Assembly: GCF_009914755.1 (NCBI RefSeq)
Contig: NC_060933.1
Origin: the human T2T-CHM13v2.0 reference genome, Homo sapiens
DNA: 64,000 nucleotides
Strand: one strand, 5' to 3'
The notes under the pieces are model-generated. The model was not told where the DNA came from. It ran no database searches and saw nothing but the letters and a program-made list of their open reading frames with translations. Shown here piece after piece: positions 61,350 to 64,000 of this stretch. Within the stretch, counting starts at the first letter, position 1. Every line of letters begins with the position of its first letter. A program made the translations under genes and the position numbers.

Positions 61350-63270
61350 GTGTGACATCAGCAAGGTGGCAGAATAAGAGTTTTCTACTCTCATCTCCCC
61401 ACAGTGAACAAATTCTGATAACCACCCATGGATGACAGTACCTTTGTGGAAGTGTGGGAGTCAGGTGGAGAAGTTCTAGTTTGCCACTGGAGCAAAAAAA
61501 TCTGAAAACAGACAAAGAGAAAAAAACAAATACCATATGTTCTCACTTACAAGTGGGAGCTCACTGATGAGAACACATGGATTCTGGGAGAGGAACAACA
61601 GACACGGGGGTCTACTTGTGGGTAGAGGGTGGGGTGAGGGAGAGGATGAGAAAAAACAACTATTTGGTACTAGGCTTAGTACCTGGATGACAATCTAACC
61701 TGTACAACAAACCCCATGACACTAGTTTACCTATATTATAACAATCCCACACATGTATTGCTGAACCTAAAAGAAAGAAACATTTTTTGAAAGTTCCCAA
61801 ACAGTTTCAACCCAAAGGGAACTTCACCAAGACACTTTATAATGAAATTGTCAAAAATCAAAGACAAGAGAATTTTAAAAGCAGCAAGAGAAAAAAGACT
61901 TGTCACATATAAGAAACATGCCATAAAATTATCAGCAGATTAATAACAGAAACCTTGCAGGTCAGGAGAGTGTGGAAATATATATTGAAAATGCTGAAAG
62001 AAAAAAATAAAAACTTCCTCTGAAGGATGCTTTTTCAGACAAACTGTCCTTCAGAAATAAAGATGGATAAAAACTTACCTAGATAAACTAAATTTGAACG
62101 AGTTCATCAAAACTAGATCTGCCTTGGAAAAAATGCTAGACTGTTCTTCAACTTAAAATGAAGGATGCTAATTAGTAATATAATAACAGAGGAAAGTATA
62201 AAACTCACGAGTAAAGGTTGGTATATATTAAAATTCAGAATACTCAACACTCCCAATAAAAAGTGGGCAAAGGACTGTAATAGAAATTTTTTCAATGAAT
62301 ACATATAAAGGCAACAAGTGTATGAAAACATTCTAAGTATTGCTTATCATCAGGTAAATGCAAATCAAACCGCAATGAGATATCACCTCCCATCTATTAG
62401 AATGGCTATTATCAGAAAGATGAAAAATAACAAGAGTGTTTATGTAAATGTACTGAAAAAGTAAACTTTGTACACTGTTGGTGGGAAAGTAAATTAGTAC
62501 TGCCATTATAGAAAACAGTATGGAGGTTCTTGAAAAAATTAAAAATACACTTCCGTATGATCCAGCAATCCCACTTCTGGGTATATAGCCAAAGGAAATG
62601 AAATCAGTATCTTGAAGAGATAGCTGTACTCTCCTGTTCATTGTAGTGTGATTCGTAACAGCCAAGATCTAGAAATAACATAAATTCCTAGACATAAACA
62701 AATGGATAAAGAAAAGGTGATATATATATATGATGGAATATTATTCAGCCTTCAACAATAGGGAAATTCCTTCATTAGTGACAACATAGATGACCTAGAG
62801 GACATTTTGTTTAACAGAGAAGCCAGACACAGAAAGACAAATATTGTATATCACTTATGCATGAAACTTGAAAGAGTCAAAATCATAGAAACAGAGTATA
62901 ATGATGGTTACCAGGGGCTGGGGGGTAGAACAAATGGGGGGATATTGGTCAAAGGGTACAAACTTTCAGTTACGAAATGAATAATTTCAGGAGATCTAAC
63001 ATACAGCATGGTTACTATAGTTAACAATATCTATGATAATTGTATAAATAAAATTTATTAAGAGTATATCTACTATCTGAAGTATTCTCACCAGACAAAA
63101 AAGGTAACTATGTGAGGTAACAGCTAAGTCAATAAGCTTGATTGTGGTAATCATTTCACAATATATGCATGTATTTAATAATCAACATTGTATACCTTAA
63201 ATATTTATAATTTTTATTTGGCAAAAAATAAAGCTGGAAAAAAGACATAAATACAATAATAAACATAAAA
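61350..63270 (+). mobile_element. L1MA (MA8/9-like) with both ends present and large internal deletions
   Basis: 5' tgacatcagcaaggtggcagaataag; ORF1 piece at 61790-62230; ORF2 end and 3'UTR gggtacaaactttcagtta...aataaagctggaaa; near-TSD aactgaagtag/aattgaagtag. Confidence 0.75.
61517..61780 (+). mobile_element. L1PA13/L1PREC2-like 3'UTR nested in the L1MA
   Basis: gttctcacttacaagtgggagct...ggtactaggcttagtacctgg...ctgtacaacaaaccccatgacactagtttacctata. Confidence 0.8.
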
Positions 63271-64000
63271 TTGAAGTAGTGATCAACATTTTCAAACAAT
63301 AAAGAAAATAGAAAACAGCAGTGATAGTTAATAAACTGACGGGAAGGGTGAAGATTAACCAAGGGAAGGCTACATATTCAGAGAAAACAAATATTTTTAA
63401 AACAGACATATGTGGCCAAAAAATTCTAAATATTTTGATAGTTCCTGTGGGCATCACTGACATATAGTACAACATAATGATAGATACAATGTCATATAAT
63501 AATTGACATTACTTACTTACCATTTCTCATAACTGAACAAACAGGAAATGGTTTAGATAATTTCTACCACGTCACGGCTATTATGAAAGTTTGTCTATAT
63601 GACATGTTAACATTTGTTTTTCTCAAATATATTAATAAAGAATTGGACATTGCAACCCATACATTAGTATTAAATAGAGCTACAGTATGAGAAAGAACAA
63701 AGCATTCAGGAACAAAGATGGATTAAAAAAATTAAAGGAGAGTTTTCTTCTCCTTTATCTGTCTATGCGATAAAAAAATTTTACTTGGGGGAAATTTATT
63801 TTGGTATTTTAAATTTTCTTTCTGGATATTTGTTTGTTAGTTTTCAAGTACTATCAGAAGCATATAACTTTTAAGAATAAAGCCAAGGTCACTGAAACAG
63901 TTTGCAAAAAAAAAAACACCGTGTGATTGACTATCTACTTGGGGAGCAGCATCTGTTTTTGTTGTGGGAATTCTCTGCCTTGCACATAACTACAAAACTC

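Overview
AT-rich, CpG-depleted primate (human-like) genomic DNA with no CpG island, no RNA gene and no recognisable cellular coding gene. It looks intronic or intergenic, and roughly half is transposon-derived. The main elements are a 5'-truncated, inactivated L1PA2 (46.4-51.5 kb), a two-LTR but doubly deleted HERV-L/MLT2A1 mini-provirus (4.07-6.41 kb), a near-complete Tigger1 carrying an AluY, Tigger2a, MER53, MER3, about ten solo LTRs (MLT1A/C, MST, MLT2A2, MLT2D, LTR16A, MER34, MER39), 11 Alus plus a FRAM, and many old L1/L2/MIR remnants. Repeat subfamily names rest on recalled consensus sequences and need RepeatMasker/Dfam confirmation. All long ORFs are transposon-derived. I see no convincing new biological system. 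The best leads are: (i) the HERV-L with two microhomology-type deletions; (ii) a deletion that creates a DUX4-type motif in a solo MLT2A2; (iii) a 12-nt microexon candidate and a 57-nt exon candidate on the minus strand, consistent with the L1 orientation bias; (iv) a POU/SOX motif cluster near 57 kb; and (v) several templated-insertion scars.
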